A DNA stretch of 64,000 nt from Clostridiales bacterium (GCA_022800625.1 JAAWQR010000004.1:24678-88677); one strand, 5' to 3'; numbered from the stretch's first letter, positions 39,601 to 49,075 are shown. Translations and numbers: made by a program. The notes: generated by a model from the sequence alone, not told the origin.

Positions 39601-40221
39601 GCATATGACATCGGCTTCGGCGGTCTCGACCATGTAATCGCTTCAGGCGAGAACGTAAACATCATGGTATTTGATACCGAGGTATACTCTAACACAGGCG
39701 GTCAGGCTTCCAAGTCCTCAAACATCGGTCAGGTTGCTCAGTTCGCAGCAGCAGGTAAGGCTATCGGTAAGAAGAATCTCGCTGAAATCGCTATGTCCTA
39801 CGGCTACGTATACGTTGCACAGATCGCTATGGGTGCTGATATGAATCAGACAATGAAGGCTCTCATCGAAGCTGAGGCTTACAACGGACCTTCAATCATC
39901 ATCGGCTATGCTCCCTGCGAAATGCACGGAGTTAAGGGCGGCATGACAAACTGCCAGCTCGAAATGAAGCGCGCCGTTGAGGCAGGCTACTGGCAGATGT
40001 TCAGATACAATCCTGCGGCTAAGGCTGAAGGAAAGAATCCGTTCACTCTGGACTCAAAAGAGCCGACAGGCAACTACATCGACTTCATTAAGAGCGAAAA
40101 CCGTTACAGCAGACTTGCAGCTTCCAATCCCGAGAGAGCTGAAAAACTCTTTAAGATGGCTGAGGAAAACGCTAAGGCTAAGTACGACAGACTCACAAAG
40201 TTCGGAAAGCTGTACGAGTAA
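36646..40221 (+). CDS. nifJ: Pyruvate:ferredoxin (flavodoxin) oxidoreductase
   Basis: YPITPSS, EMQSEAGAAGA, CIQCNQCAFVCPH and CMGCTLCVKACP ferredoxin motifs, GSCAGCAET, GGDGWAYDIG TPP motif. Confidence 0.98.
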   Translation: MARKKISMDGNTAAAHASYAFTEVAAIYPITPSSPMADVTDTWSAGGLKNIMGDTVKVVEMQSEAGAAGAVHGSLAAGALTTTYTASQGLLLMIPNMYKIAGELLPCVIHVSARCVASHALNIFGDHSDIYACRQTGFAMLAETNPQEIMDLGAVAHLAAIKGRVPVLNFFDGFRTSHEIQKIEAWDYEDLASMVDRDAIADFRARAINPEHPVLRGSAENGDIFFQHREACNKYYDAFPAIVEDYMNQVNEKIGTDYKLFNYYGAPDAERVIVAMGSICDVAEEVIDYLLAAGEKVGLVKVRLYRPFVAEKLAEAIPATCKKIAVLDRTKEPGALGEPLYLDVVAALAVTGRSDIKVVGGRYGLGSKDTPPQSVFAVYNNLAQDEPKNGFTIGIVDDVTGRSLVEVPAPDTAAPGTISCKFWGLGGDGTVGANKNSIKIIGDHTDKYIQAYFQYDSKKTGGVTISHLRFGDSPIKSPYYISKADFVACHNPSYIVKGYKIVNDVKPGGKFLLNCQWTPAEVEEHLPAEAKKYIADNNIEFYIVNAIDKAREIGMGKRTNTILQSAFFALANIMPIAEAVDYMKYMAKKSYSKKGDAVVEMNYKAIDAGVDAIVKVEIPETWKSLDPAAPAKTAEGERADLVKFVNEIVTPVGMMQGDALPVSAFTDHADGTFPQGSAAYEKRGVAVDVPVWHPENCIQCNQCAFVCPHAAIRPVAMTADEAAAAPESTKFAPKPVVKTDYKFTMAISPLDCMGCTLCVKACPTKEGKRALEMTSQESQLDQASAWDYAVNKVSEKSDIIGKTVKASQFKQPLLEFSGSCAGCAETSYARLITQLFGERMYISNATGCSSIWGGSAPATPYTVNNTSGHGPAWANSLFEDNAEHGLGMFLGQKVIRERYIEKVKALAALYEEIGATQEYKDAVSDYLATVDDAEANEKATRTLVKLLEEDVARGTCQSVPAEREILEGKDYLNKKSVWIFGGDGWAYDIGFGGLDHVIASGENVNIMVFDTEVYSNTGGQASKSSNIGQVAQFAAAGKAIGKKNLAEIAMSYGYVYVAQIAMGADMNQTMKALIEAEAYNGPSIIIGYAPCEMHGVKGGMTNCQLEMKRAVEAGYWQMFRYNPAAKAEGKNPFTLDSKEPTGNYIDFIKSENRYSRLAASNPERAEKLFKMAEENAKAKYDRLTKFGKLYE

Positions 40222-40233
40222 TATAACTGATAC

Positions 40234-40261
40234 AAAGGGAGATGCGTTTGCATCTCCCTTT
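40234..40261 (+). terminator. Intrinsic terminator of nifJ (left copy of a duplicated hairpin)
   Basis: aaagggagatgc-gttt-gcatctcccttt. Confidence 0.85.
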
Positions 40262-40861
40262 ATTGTAAATAAAGCCACTTCCGCGTAGGATTTTATCGAA
40301 GTGGCTCCGCAGTGCCTGCGTAATCTATGTCGCACTTTCTTTCGTGAAAGAAAGTTGCGCAAAGAAAGCCTTCCGGGAGAATGTATTCCCCCGGAAGCTC
40401 CTCCCTTCTCTGATCTCCGCGATAACATCCGCGCGATTCGTGAACGAACCGCTTCGATATCCTCCTGAAATGAAGTTTGTGGGGACATGGGCGGCTAATA
40501 CCGAAGCAGTCCATACTACATCATCCGCTACGCGGAATTAGGGACAGCTCGGATGTTTTGCGGAGCATAGTACGGGGTAAGCTTCAAGGGTGCGTAGCCC
40601 TTGAAGGTTTTTTGTGAACCTCTCTTTTATAAAAGAAAGTGCATAGTAGCGGCTCTGCAAGCAGCGTGGAGTTAGCTTAACTAAAGAAGCTAATGTATGG
40701 AAAAAGAACATGCGCTTACGAGAGTTCCTGCATTCTGCTTCACGGAAGTAGGCAGATTCAGTTAAACTAAAAAATAACGCGTCAGTTTTTTAGTTTGGCT
40801 TATGCCGCTCTGCGTGAATAGGCGCTGTTTTACACTTTGCGATTGTCAGTCTGCACTCTGT
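40262..40861. mobile_element. Putative non-autonomous palindromic element (REPIN/MITE-like) or structured ncRNA, no transposase
   Basis: ~100-bp imperfect inverted arms 40332-40431 / 40550-40642, dense hairpins, flanked by near-duplicate terminators; no credible ORF. Confidence 0.55.
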
Positions 40862-40888
40862 GGGAGATGCTTCTACATCTCCCTTTTT
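40862..40888. terminator. Right copy of the duplicated terminator hairpin
   Basis: gggagatgc-ttct-acatctccc-ttttt. Confidence 0.75.
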
Positions 40889-40910
40889 ATTATAATAATC
40901 GCAGTACATT

Positions 40911-41243
40911 TTATGCTCCGCAATTATTTTTTATTTTATTTTGAAGTCTTCCTATAAGTTCAAGCAGCATAATTAAATCATCTGTTTCAAGATCTTTCAT
41001 TCCGTCCACTGCTCTTGCTATAAGCTCAGGGGTATCGGTTCCCTCATCAAAAAACTGCCCTGGCGTCATTTCAAAATAATCGCATATCGCAAAAAATTCC
41101 TTCATAGGAGGAAGAGCTTTACCTGACGATATGTTATACACATAACCTCTGCTGTGTCCGAGGTCATAACTCATTTGATACTCAGATACACCCTTTTTCA
41201 ACCTGAGATATGTTATTCGGTCTACTACAAATTTCTCATACAT
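40911..41243 (-). CDS. XRE-family HTH transcriptional regulator
   Basis: RITYLRLKKGVSEYQMSYDLGHSRGYVYNISSGKALP..EFFAICDYF HTH; GGGAGG RBS. Confidence 0.9.
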   Translation of the reverse strand: MYEKFVVDRITYLRLKKGVSEYQMSYDLGHSRGYVYNISSGKALPPMKEFFAICDYFEMTPGQFFDEGTDTPELIARAVDGMKDLETDDLIMLLELIGRLQNKIKNNCGA

Positions 41244-41315
41244 ATAAATCCCTCCCATTACATAATTATAATAGTAATATAAGAGAGATTAGTCATATAT
41301 TCTTTGTTGTAGACA

Positions 41316-41344
41316 TTGACAAATCCAAGTATATATGTTATAAT
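41316..41344 (+). promoter_or_regulatory. Consensus extended sigma-A promoter for DUF2752-DUF4234
   Basis: TTGACA(41316)-17-TATAAT(41339) with TG at the extended -10 position. Confidence 0.85.
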
Positions 41345-41486
41345 TCTAAATGTTCCAGATAATTCGATCAATTTCTTTATCGATATTCACCAACAACATA
41401 GTATATTACTGTAATTTGTTCATCATCGTACTTTATTGAGCATGTTTTTTGTAACACTATACAAATCCACTGTGTCGGAGAACAAA

Positions 41487-41888
41487 TTGAACACTTTTTT
41501 CAAAAAATACAGCGTTTTGATCTCTGCGATCATAGCGGTTTTAGGCGTATATATAATTATGAACGCAGTCGGTATTACCTGTCCCATAAAATACATTACA
41601 GGTATTTCGTGTGCAGGATGCGGAATGACAAGAGCATGGTTATGTGTTCTGAGATTTGATTTTGCCACAGCTCTGTCTTATCATCCGCTTTTCCTGCTGG
41701 TTCCTCCTGCCGTTGTCTTTCTGTTTTTAAGAAAACGACATCCCCGTGTTTCAAAAATTGCTTTAATCATAATTGCAGTTATCTTCATTATTGTATATAT
41801 CATTCGTATGTTAGACGATGGGTGCAATATAGTCGTTTTTGAACCGAAAAACAGTTTGATTTACCGCATTATTCACAGAGTAATATAA
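41487..41888 (+). CDS. DUF2752-family membrane protein
   Basis: CPIKYITGISCAGCGMTRA..A..YHPL signature; TTG start behind GGAG (ORF-track ATG is 41436). Confidence 0.85.
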   Translation: MNTFFKKYSVLISAIIAVLGVYIIMNAVGITCPIKYITGISCAGCGMTRAWLCVLRFDFATALSYHPLFLLVPPAVVFLFLRKRHPRVSKIALIIIAVIFIIVYIIRMLDDGCNIVVFEPKNSLIYRIIHRVI

Positions 41889-41937
41889 AACTGTGTAAAT
41901 GCTGTAAATATAGAAATCTTACGAAAGGAGCTAAATT

Positions 41938-42339
41938 ATGAGAAGAATTCAGACAGATCGCAATATTGTAATGTATGTCCTTCTTAATATTATTACCTGC
42001 GGAATTTACGGATACTACTTTATCTATAAGCTTGCAGAAGACGTTAATATTATGTGTAAGGATGACGGACAGAGCACAGCAGGTCTCGGCATGTTCATTC
42101 TGCTCTCATTCATTACATGCGGTTTTTATGCTTACTACTGGTACTATCAGATCGGAAACCGTCTTCAGGCTAATGCGCCTAAGTACGGCATTTCTATTCC
42201 TGAATCCGGTACAACAATCCTTCTGTGGTGTGTTGTAGGTATGATCGTATGCGGACTCGGTCAATACGTTGCTATGCACTTGATTATCAAAAATACAAAT
42301 GCAATGGCTACAGCATACAACATGGCTAACGGACTTTGA
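41938..42339 (+). CDS. DUF4234-family membrane protein
   Basis: Repeated LL..ITCG(I/F)Y..YW.Y helices and final ..Q..N segment; AAGGAG RBS. Confidence 0.8.
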   Translation: MRRIQTDRNIVMYVLLNIITCGIYGYYFIYKLAEDVNIMCKDDGQSTAGLGMFILLSFITCGFYAYYWYYQIGNRLQANAPKYGISIPESGTTILLWCVVGMIVCGLGQYVAMHLIIKNTNAMATAYNMANGL

Positions 42340-42362
42340 TTCTCAGTATGAGAACAATACTA

Positions 42363-42460
42363 AAAAACAAGACATGATCTTGGCTCACTTCAAATCATGT
42401 CTTGTTTTTAATATTAAAGAGCAGTATAAAAATCTGTAGAGATTCTTATACTGCTCTTTT
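42363..42460. terminator. Two adjacent terminators between DUF4234 and ftsH
   Basis: aaaaacaagacatgat/atcatgtcttgttttt and aaagagcagtataa/ttatactgctcttt. Confidence 0.8.
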
Positions 42461-42484
42461 TTAGATTGTTAATTTCAACGTGAA

Positions 42485-44566
42485 TTATTTATTATCTTCA
42501 TTATCGCCGTTTCCGCTGTGATCTTCAGGGTCTTCAGAAAAAGGCATGCCGTAATGCGGCGGCATATTATTTCCGTGTGGATAAGCATTTTTTTCGGCAG
42601 CTGCACGCTCAGCCTCTCGCTTCTCTTCCTCACGTTTAATTCGTTCTGCTCGCGCCTTATTCTCTTCTTCACTCTGACGGCGTTTTTCCGCTACCATTTC
42701 TTCAAGCTCTTCTATGGTTACGTCAGAATCCATAGCTCTCTCAAACTGAGCCTGTTCCATGATCTCGTTCTTAACAAGAAATTCGGCAATGAAATTTAGT
42801 TTATCTATATTATCGCGAAGAATTTTTTCTGCTCTTGTATATTCTTCATCAATAATTCGCTTAATTTCAGAATCAATTTTTGAAGCCGTCTCTTCTGAAT
42901 AATTCTTGGTATTATTGAAATCGCGTCCGAGAAATACCTCGTCATCGGAATGCTCCGAACCGTAAAGCACAGGTCCGAGTTCATCGCTCATTCCGTACTT
43001 CATTACCATGTTCTTTGCAATTGCTGTAGCGCGCTCAATATCATTGGATGCTCCGCCCGAGATATCATCAAAAATGATCTTTTCCGCAACACGTCCGCCG
43101 AGCAGTTCACATATTTTTTCTTTAAGTCCGTTTTTATACACGCTGTATTTATCCTCAAGCGGAGAAGTAAGCGTATATCCGAGTGCGCGTCCGCTCGGAA
43201 TAATGGATATCTGTCTGACGGGATCAAGAGACGGAAGCATGTGTGAGATAATCGCATGACCTGCTTCATGGAAGGCAGTCTTTCTCTTCTCTTCGGGTTT
43301 GATTCGATTATTTTTCTTAGGCATTCCTACAATAATCTTTGTAGACGCTTCTTCGATATCGTTCATACCGATAAGAGATTTGCCTTTACGTGCCGCAAGG
43401 AGCGCCGCTTCATTCAAAAGATTTGCAAGGTCAGCGCCCGTAAAACCTACCGTAGTCTGAGCAATGCGTGAAAGATCAACATCTTTTTCAAACGGCTTGT
43501 TTTTTCCGTGAACCTTCAGAATCTCTTCTCTGCCCTTCAGATCGGGATAATTTACCGTGATCTGTCTGTCAAATCGTCCCGGACGCAGAAGCGCAGGGTC
43601 AAGTATATCTGGGCGGTTTGTAGCTGCCATGACAATCACGCCTTCGTTTGTACCGAATCCGTCCATTTCAACAAGAAGCTGATTAAGCGTCTGTTCACGC
43701 TCGTCATGTCCGCCGCCGAGACCCGCGCCTCTGTGACGGCCGACAGCATCGATTTCGTCAATAAATATGATAGCCGCAGGATTTTTTCTTGCGGTGTCGA
43801 ACAGATCGCGAACACGTGATGCACCGACTCCGACATACATTTCAACAAAATCAGAACCCGAAATTGAATAGAACGGAACTCCGGCTTCACCGGCCACCGC
43901 TTTTGCAAGAAGAGTCTTACCTGTTCCGGGAGGTCCCATCAAAAGCACACCGTGCGGAATTTTAGCTCCGAGTTTTGTGAAAAATGCGGGATTTCTGAGA
44001 AATTCAACAATTTCTTCAAGCTCTGCTTTTTCTTCGTCCGCGCCTGCAACATCTTTAAAATATACTTTAGTTTTATCAGCACTCACAAGCTTAGCCTTAG
44101 CACGTCCTACTCCGTTTATCTTTCCGCCCTTGCCGCCTGCCGCTTGATTCATAAAGTAGATCCATATTCCGATAAGCGCCGCCGCAACCAAAATATACGG
44201 AATAAACGCAACCCATGCAGGGATTTCGTGCGGAGCGGGATAGTCATAGCTTTCAATAATTCCGTCATTGTACTGCTCAGCTATAAGCTCTCCGAGATCG
44301 CCTCTGAAAATATCAAGACTGCGGAGCTTATACGTCACAAATTTTTCCGTCTCATTGCCTTTTGCGTCCGTAGCACGCAGCACAAGTTCAAGATTGTTGT
44401 TTTTATCCACTTCAAAGCTCTTTACCTTTTCAGATGTAAAGTAGCCCTGAATATCGCTGTATACAACCTCATCGCCTGGAATCTGATTCCACAGAGCAGC
44501 TGTTGCAAAAACGATTATCGCAATAAATATCACATAAATTATGGCATTCTTAAAGCTTTTTTTCAT
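42485..44566 (-). CDS. ftsH: ATP-dependent zinc metalloprotease FtsH
   Basis: Two [50 protein letters not shown]. Confidence 0.98.
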   Translation of the reverse strand: MKKSFKNAIIYVIFIAIIVFATAALWNQIPGDEVVYSDIQGYFTSEKVKSFEVDKNNNLELVLRATDAKGNETEKFVTYKLRSLDIFRGDLGELIAEQYNDGIIESYDYPAPHEIPAWVAFIPYILVAAALIGIWIYFMNQAAGGKGGKINGVGRAKAKLVSADKTKVYFKDVAGADEEKAELEEIVEFLRNPAFFTKLGAKIPHGVLLMGPPGTGKTLLAKAVAGEAGVPFYSISGSDFVEMYVGVGASRVRDLFDTARKNPAAIIFIDEIDAVGRHRGAGLGGGHDEREQTLNQLLVEMDGFGTNEGVIVMAATNRPDILDPALLRPGRFDRQITVNYPDLKGREEILKVHGKNKPFEKDVDLSRIAQTTVGFTGADLANLLNEAALLAARKGKSLIGMNDIEEASTKIIVGMPKKNNRIKPEEKRKTAFHEAGHAIISHMLPSLDPVRQISIIPSGRALGYTLTSPLEDKYSVYKNGLKEKICELLGGRVAEKIIFDDISGGASNDIERATAIAKNMVMKYGMSDELGPVLYGSEHSDDEVFLGRDFNNTKNYSEETASKIDSEIKRIIDEEYTRAEKILRDNIDKLNFIAEFLVKNEIMEQAQFERAMDSDVTIEELEEMVAEKRRQSEEENKARAERIKREEEKREAERAAAEKNAYPHGNNMPPHYGMPFSEDPEDHSGNGDNEDNK

Positions 44567-44634
44567 TTATATAGCTCCATTCCGCCGCACGCCGCGCGGC
44601 ATGATTGTCTGAGAAATTTGTCAGCAGATTTCAA

Positions 44635-45207
44635 TCAGTCTGAATATACCTCAGGTTTCAGCACTCCGATATACGGAAGCGCCCTGTATTGTTCATCATA
44701 GTCAAGTCCGTATCCGACAACGAATTCATCGGGAATTTCATATCCGCTGTAGTCCGGTACAAAATCTACAACTCTGCGAGACGGTTTATCAAGAAGGGTG
44801 CAAGTTTTAACCGAGTGCGCTCCGTTGAGCTTTAAATAATCAACGAGATATGAAAGAGTTCTTCCGCTGTCTATTATGTCTTCAACAATTATTATGTCCT
44901 TTTCCGAGAGATCGCTTCTGTGAAGATCGAGAATTATATTTATTCTTCCTCCTGACACGGTGCCCGAACCGTATGAGGAAACCTTCATAAAATCTATCTC
45001 AAGCGGAGTTTTGATTTTCTTCATCAAATCTCCCATAAAAACAACGCTTCCTTTAAGTATACCCAAAAGGAGAAGACTTTTTTCGCTTTCCGAATAATCT
45101 CTGTCTATTTCAGCAGCTATTCTCATTACAGCCGCATCAATTGCAGGCTCGGACACAAGTATCTTAGCTATACCCTGCTCATACAGATCTTTTTTTATCC
45201 GCTCCAT
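44635..45207 (-). CDS. hpt: Hypoxanthine phosphoribosyltransferase
   Basis: ILKGSVVF..DL, VSSYG, IVEDIIDSG.TL, FVVGYGLDY; start at 45207 behind AGGAGAGG. Confidence 0.96.
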   Translation of the reverse strand: MERIKKDLYEQGIAKILVSEPAIDAAVMRIAAEIDRDYSESEKSLLLLGILKGSVVFMGDLMKKIKTPLEIDFMKVSSYGSGTVSGGRINIILDLHRSDLSEKDIIIVEDIIDSGRTLSYLVDYLKLNGAHSVKTCTLLDKPSRRVVDFVPDYSGYEIPDEFVVGYGLDYDEQYRALPYIGVLKPEVYSD

Positions 45208-45229
45208 CGATACCTCTCCTTTATAAAAC

Positions 45230-46666
45230 TTAAGACCCGCATTTTTTATCAAGAACAAAAATATGAATCCCACGCTCACCGTGCTGTGCGGAAATGCCGT
45301 CTCTCATAGGAAAGCCGTATATCCATAAGATTCCCCTGTCATCAGACAGCATCGGAATAAGTCCGCGTTTTTCAGGAGGTATCTTACGCTCTGAAAAAAG
45401 CTTTTTAACACGCCTTGACATGCCGCCGAAAACGATAATATCGCCGTCTCTGCGAGTTCTTAATATCAGCTTACCCTTAATTTTATCAAAACTGACAACC
45501 TTGTGTATAGATAAATTGTAAATATTTTCATTATATTCGGGAATGGAATCATCCGTTCCGTCATTTAATGTCAGTATTATCTTGCCGAGGGCAGTATCAG
45601 TCTCACATATTCTCTCGGTTTCAAGCTTCTCTATATCAAAAACGTATTCTGACTGAAAGACTTCTGTTTGTACGGTTTTGTTAATGTGCTTAAAGCCTAC
45701 CGTATCTCCGCGCGCATAAAATCTAACTCCCCCCGGGACACTGATTTCAAAATTTCCGCTCCGCCGCCTGAGACACTTTTCAATGTCCTTGACATGAACA
45801 GCTTCAAGAGATGGACGTCCCGCATTGTTCTTTGTTGCCGCGCCGTACATTTTTTGAAGCACCCGAAACAAGATCGCCGTATGAAGTCTTTCTGCATTCT
45901 CACGCTTTGTCGAGCACATATCCGCAGACAACGGAACTTCTTCAACAGCACAGTCTATGTATTCGCAGTCAAGCCTCAGCGATGACGTCATGCGCCTGAC
46001 GGACAGCTGAGGAGACGGGGTAATTTTTTCAAGCTCCGGTACAATATTTCGTCTTATATGATTTCTTGTGTAATCGGTCTCAAAATTCGTGAGATCGGTA
46101 ACATATTTAATACCGTGCTCATCACAGATTTTCCGTATTTCCTTACCCGAAAATGTGAGCAGAGGCCTTATATATCTTCCGTCGCGTATCGGCGGTATTC
46201 CGCACATTCCTCGAGCTCCCGCACCGCGCACAAGATTAAAAATTACCGTTTCAAGGTTATCGTCCGCGTTATGAGCAGTAGCTGTAAGGGTTCTGCCGCC
46301 TTGAGCGCATAATTCATCAAAAAAAGCATACCGCTCTCGCCTTGCAACTTCTTCGACCGAGCCGCCCGATTTTGCAAGTAACGGAATATCAACGCGCCTT
46401 ACATGAAGCTTGATTCCGAGCGCATCGGCACTCTCCCTGCAAAATTTCTCATCCCTGTCAGCGTCCGCACCGCGTATCATATGATTCAGATGAGCCGCTT
46501 CAAGCGTCTGAGGACGGTCTTTCAGATATCTGCTCATCAGATAAAGCAGGAGGCTTGAATCCGCGCCTCCCGAATATGCAATAATAATACGCTCAGCGCT
46601 GTCAATTGTCCTCCTGAGCCCGAGCGCTTCTGTTTCCGACAAAAAGCGTTTGTCAAGTTCGTCCAT
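45230..46666 (-). CDS. tilS: tRNA(Ile)-lysidine synthetase
   Basis: PP-loop SGGADS, HLNHMIR, AR..RY, TAHNADD..ET, RN.IR; tilS-hpt-ftsH synteny. Confidence 0.96.
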   Translation of the reverse strand: MDELDKRFLSETEALGLRRTIDSAERIIIAYSGGADSSLLLYLMSRYLKDRPQTLEAAHLNHMIRGADADRDEKFCRESADALGIKLHVRRVDIPLLAKSGGSVEEVARRERYAFFDELCAQGGRTLTATAHNADDNLETVIFNLVRGAGARGMCGIPPIRDGRYIRPLLTFSGKEIRKICDEHGIKYVTDLTNFETDYTRNHIRRNIVPELEKITPSPQLSVRRMTSSLRLDCEYIDCAVEEVPLSADMCSTKRENAERLHTAILFRVLQKMYGAATKNNAGRPSLEAVHVKDIEKCLRRRSGNFEISVPGGVRFYARGDTVGFKHINKTVQTEVFQSEYVFDIEKLETERICETDTALGKIILTLNDGTDDSIPEYNENIYNLSIHKVVSFDKIKGKLILRTRRDGDIIVFGGMSRRVKKLFSERKIPPEKRGLIPMLSDDRGILWIYGFPMRDGISAQHGERGIHIFVLDKKCGS

Positions 46667-46700
46667 TCATATCTCCCGTCCGACACTGCAAAAGGCGCTC

Positions 46701-46934
46701 TTATCCGGCTAAATATTCGGATATTGCACCGTACCCGAGAACTACTGCGCATCCGGCGCAAAGGTGCTCCGTCATTCGCGGTATCATTCTGTACACTCCG
46801 AGCGCAAGACCGGCGTCATTCTGCATTGAAAACACAAGATAAAGTATGTATATTGCCATTATACACAGCAAAAACCACATCGGTCTTGTTGTTTTCCAGA
46901 TATATTTATCAGCATCGTGTTTTGATCTGTTCAT
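46701..46934 (-). CDS. Small two-TM hypothetical protein
   Basis: 77 aa, GGAGG RBS, stop shortly before the tilS start. Confidence 0.55.
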   Translation of the reverse strand: MNRSKHDADKYIWKTTRPMWFLLCIMAIYILYLVFSMQNDAGLALGVYRMIPRMTEHLCAGCAVVLGYGAISEYLAG

Positions 46935-47093
46935 TTCCGCATCCTCCGATAAATCAATTATAATTTTAACAATTTCACATTACGCAAATTTCAGAACGGT
47001 ATCTTCATATAAATTATATCATTTTATCTGTTTGGACTCAAGCGGAAAATACTGCACTGTTATTATACTATTTCCTCCGCTGCTTTTCAATAT

Positions 47094-48668
47094 TTATACT
47101 TTAAATTTCAATTTCTTTTTTGCATCCGGTATGAAGCAAACGGCAAGAAACAAATATATGACAGCGCACATTGCGATCGAAATCGGGACGCAGACGATAC
47201 CGCGGCCGCATATCCGAGGAAGCGCGCTTGTGAAAAATACGGCAACAGCGGCGCAAAACAGCGATGGTATTATAGTTCCTCTTATATTCGGGAATACTCC
47301 GGTAACGCGCTTCAACCTCATAAGGCTGAGAGTGCAGTTGAGAATTTCGCAAAAATAAACGGACACAATATATCCCGAAATTCCGAAGATGGGAACAAGG
47401 ATCAGAACAAGCAAAAGGCTTGATGCGGAATCTATTATATTTATACGCATTGACTGTACCTGTTCGCCGAGTCCTTTAAGCATACAGTCCACCGCCATAT
47501 CAAAGTACATAACGGGAATAAGCGGAGCACACTGCATGATGCGCTCGCCTGCTTCGGCGCTTCCGTACACGCTCATTCCAAGCTCAGGCGCAAATGCAAA
47601 AAACACCGCCGCACAGCCGAGAGAAAACAAGAGTGATAGAGAATAAACTTCCGACACCGTAAATTTTATTTTTTTCTCGGCGGACAAAGCTTTATATTCC
47701 GCAAGCTCAGGCACAAGCAGTCCTGCCGCTGAAACAAGAACTGCGCTTGGAAAAAGTATCAGCGGAAAAACCATTCCGTGAAGTACACCGTATGAAGCAA
47801 GTGCGCCTGCGGCTCCGAGACCGCTTTTTTTCATTCCCCACGGGATTGCAAGATGTTCTGCGCTCGAAAGTCCCTGTCTCGCATACGCTCCGAGCGCTAC
47901 GGGCAGAGAGACCACGGCAATGCTGCGCACCGTAAAATGTTCTGTGAGCGCGCCGCCTCGTCCGGGAGATGTTCCCTGAGGACGCTTATTATCAAACATA
48001 TACATAATCACGGATATTATAAGAGAAAGTCCTTCGGACACCGCCGAACCGCCGACAACCGCAAGGCAGGCGTATTCAACGGAATCGGTAAGATGCGGAA
48101 CACTGAGTGCAAGAGCGGTAGATGTGAAGATAATCTTCATTCCCTGCTCAGTTACGGCGGAAAGTGCATTTTTATATACCTTTCTGACCCCCGAAAAATA
48201 TCCTGAGAGCGCACTTGTAAGAGATATTGCAGGAAGAGCTAAAGAAAGCACCTTAAGAGACATTACCGTTCTCACATCTCCCAAAAGTCTGCTGCCTATG
48301 GCAGGAGAAAGCAAATACAGCAGTGAGCCTGTCGGTAGTGAAAAGATAAGACTGTAAATCGCGCAGCGGCTCATGATCTTTCGTGCGGATCGCCTGTATT
48401 CATGAGCGCTTGCGTCTCCGCTTTGCAAACGGGCGCAGCTTTCTGCCGTAAGTCTTACCGATGCGAGATTTACGCCGGAGGTTGCAAGAGTTACGGCAAA
48501 TCCGTATACGCTCATAACAAGCGTAAAAAGTCCCATGCTCTCAGCTCCGATCTTAGCCGAAACATAAGCATTAAAGCTTACGGCAACACATCGCATCAAT
48601 ATGCTTACTGCTGCAAGATACGCCGCATTAAAGAGAAACCGTCCGTGTTTTTTCAAAGCTATTATCAC
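47094..48668 (-). CDS. SpoVB/MurJ-like polysaccharide flippase (MOP superfamily)
   Basis: IGAESMGLF.LVMSVY.F..TLA.SG, L.GYFSG, LP.ALG, ~14 TM; start may be TTG at 48656. Confidence 0.8.
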   Translation of the reverse strand: MIIALKKHGRFLFNAAYLAAVSILMRCVAVSFNAYVSAKIGAESMGLFTLVMSVYGFAVTLATSGVNLASVRLTAESCARLQSGDASAHEYRRSARKIMSRCAIYSLIFSLPTGSLLYLLSPAIGSRLLGDVRTVMSLKVLSLALPAISLTSALSGYFSGVRKVYKNALSAVTEQGMKIIFTSTALALSVPHLTDSVEYACLAVVGGSAVSEGLSLIISVIMYMFDNKRPQGTSPGRGGALTEHFTVRSIAVVSLPVALGAYARQGLSSAEHLAIPWGMKKSGLGAAGALASYGVLHGMVFPLILFPSAVLVSAAGLLVPELAEYKALSAEKKIKFTVSEVYSLSLLFSLGCAAVFFAFAPELGMSVYGSAEAGERIMQCAPLIPVMYFDMAVDCMLKGLGEQVQSMRINIIDSASSLLLVLILVPIFGISGYIVSVYFCEILNCTLSLMRLKRVTGVFPNIRGTIIPSLFCAAVAVFFTSALPRICGRGIVCVPISIAMCAVIYLFLAVCFIPDAKKKLKFKV

Positions 48669-48956
48669 ATCCTTCTTTAAAATTTATTTTGCTTTTTTCT
48701 TTTGATCTGAAGCGAAAGAAAATTTCAAACATCGTTAAATTTTTTTATGCAGGCATAAAAAGAAATAATCCCGGTTTGAAAGCAAATGGTTTATGTTCCG
48801 ATTTGAAGTTTAAGTTCAGAGTTTTGCTCCTCCTTCGTTTTTGTAATCGAATATAATAATTGATATGACGGAAAGTTAATTTTAAGAAGTCGCCGTCATT
48901 TAAAATATAAAAATCCGAAAAAGTGAAAATTTAATCTTGTGTACATGATATCACCT

Positions 48957-48985
48957 TTGACATAACGGGAAATATATATTATAAT
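48957..48985 (+). promoter_or_regulatory. Consensus sigma-A promoter for fbp
   Basis: TTGACA-17-TATAAT. Confidence 0.85.
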
Positions 48986-49075
48986 TATCTTGCAGAAAAC
49001 AAACTGTCGCACAGGCGATAATCTTTAGTTTGCTGTTATATTTTATAACTGTTGTGAGCCGCCGCCGGCGGCGGA

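Noticed and set aside
40054-40541. ORFs of 144, 73 and 65 aa in the structured insert as a transposase or toxin
   Set aside because: No HUH, DDE, RuvC or recombinase motifs, no RBS, and they overlap each other and nifJ; they look like by-products of palindromic sequence.
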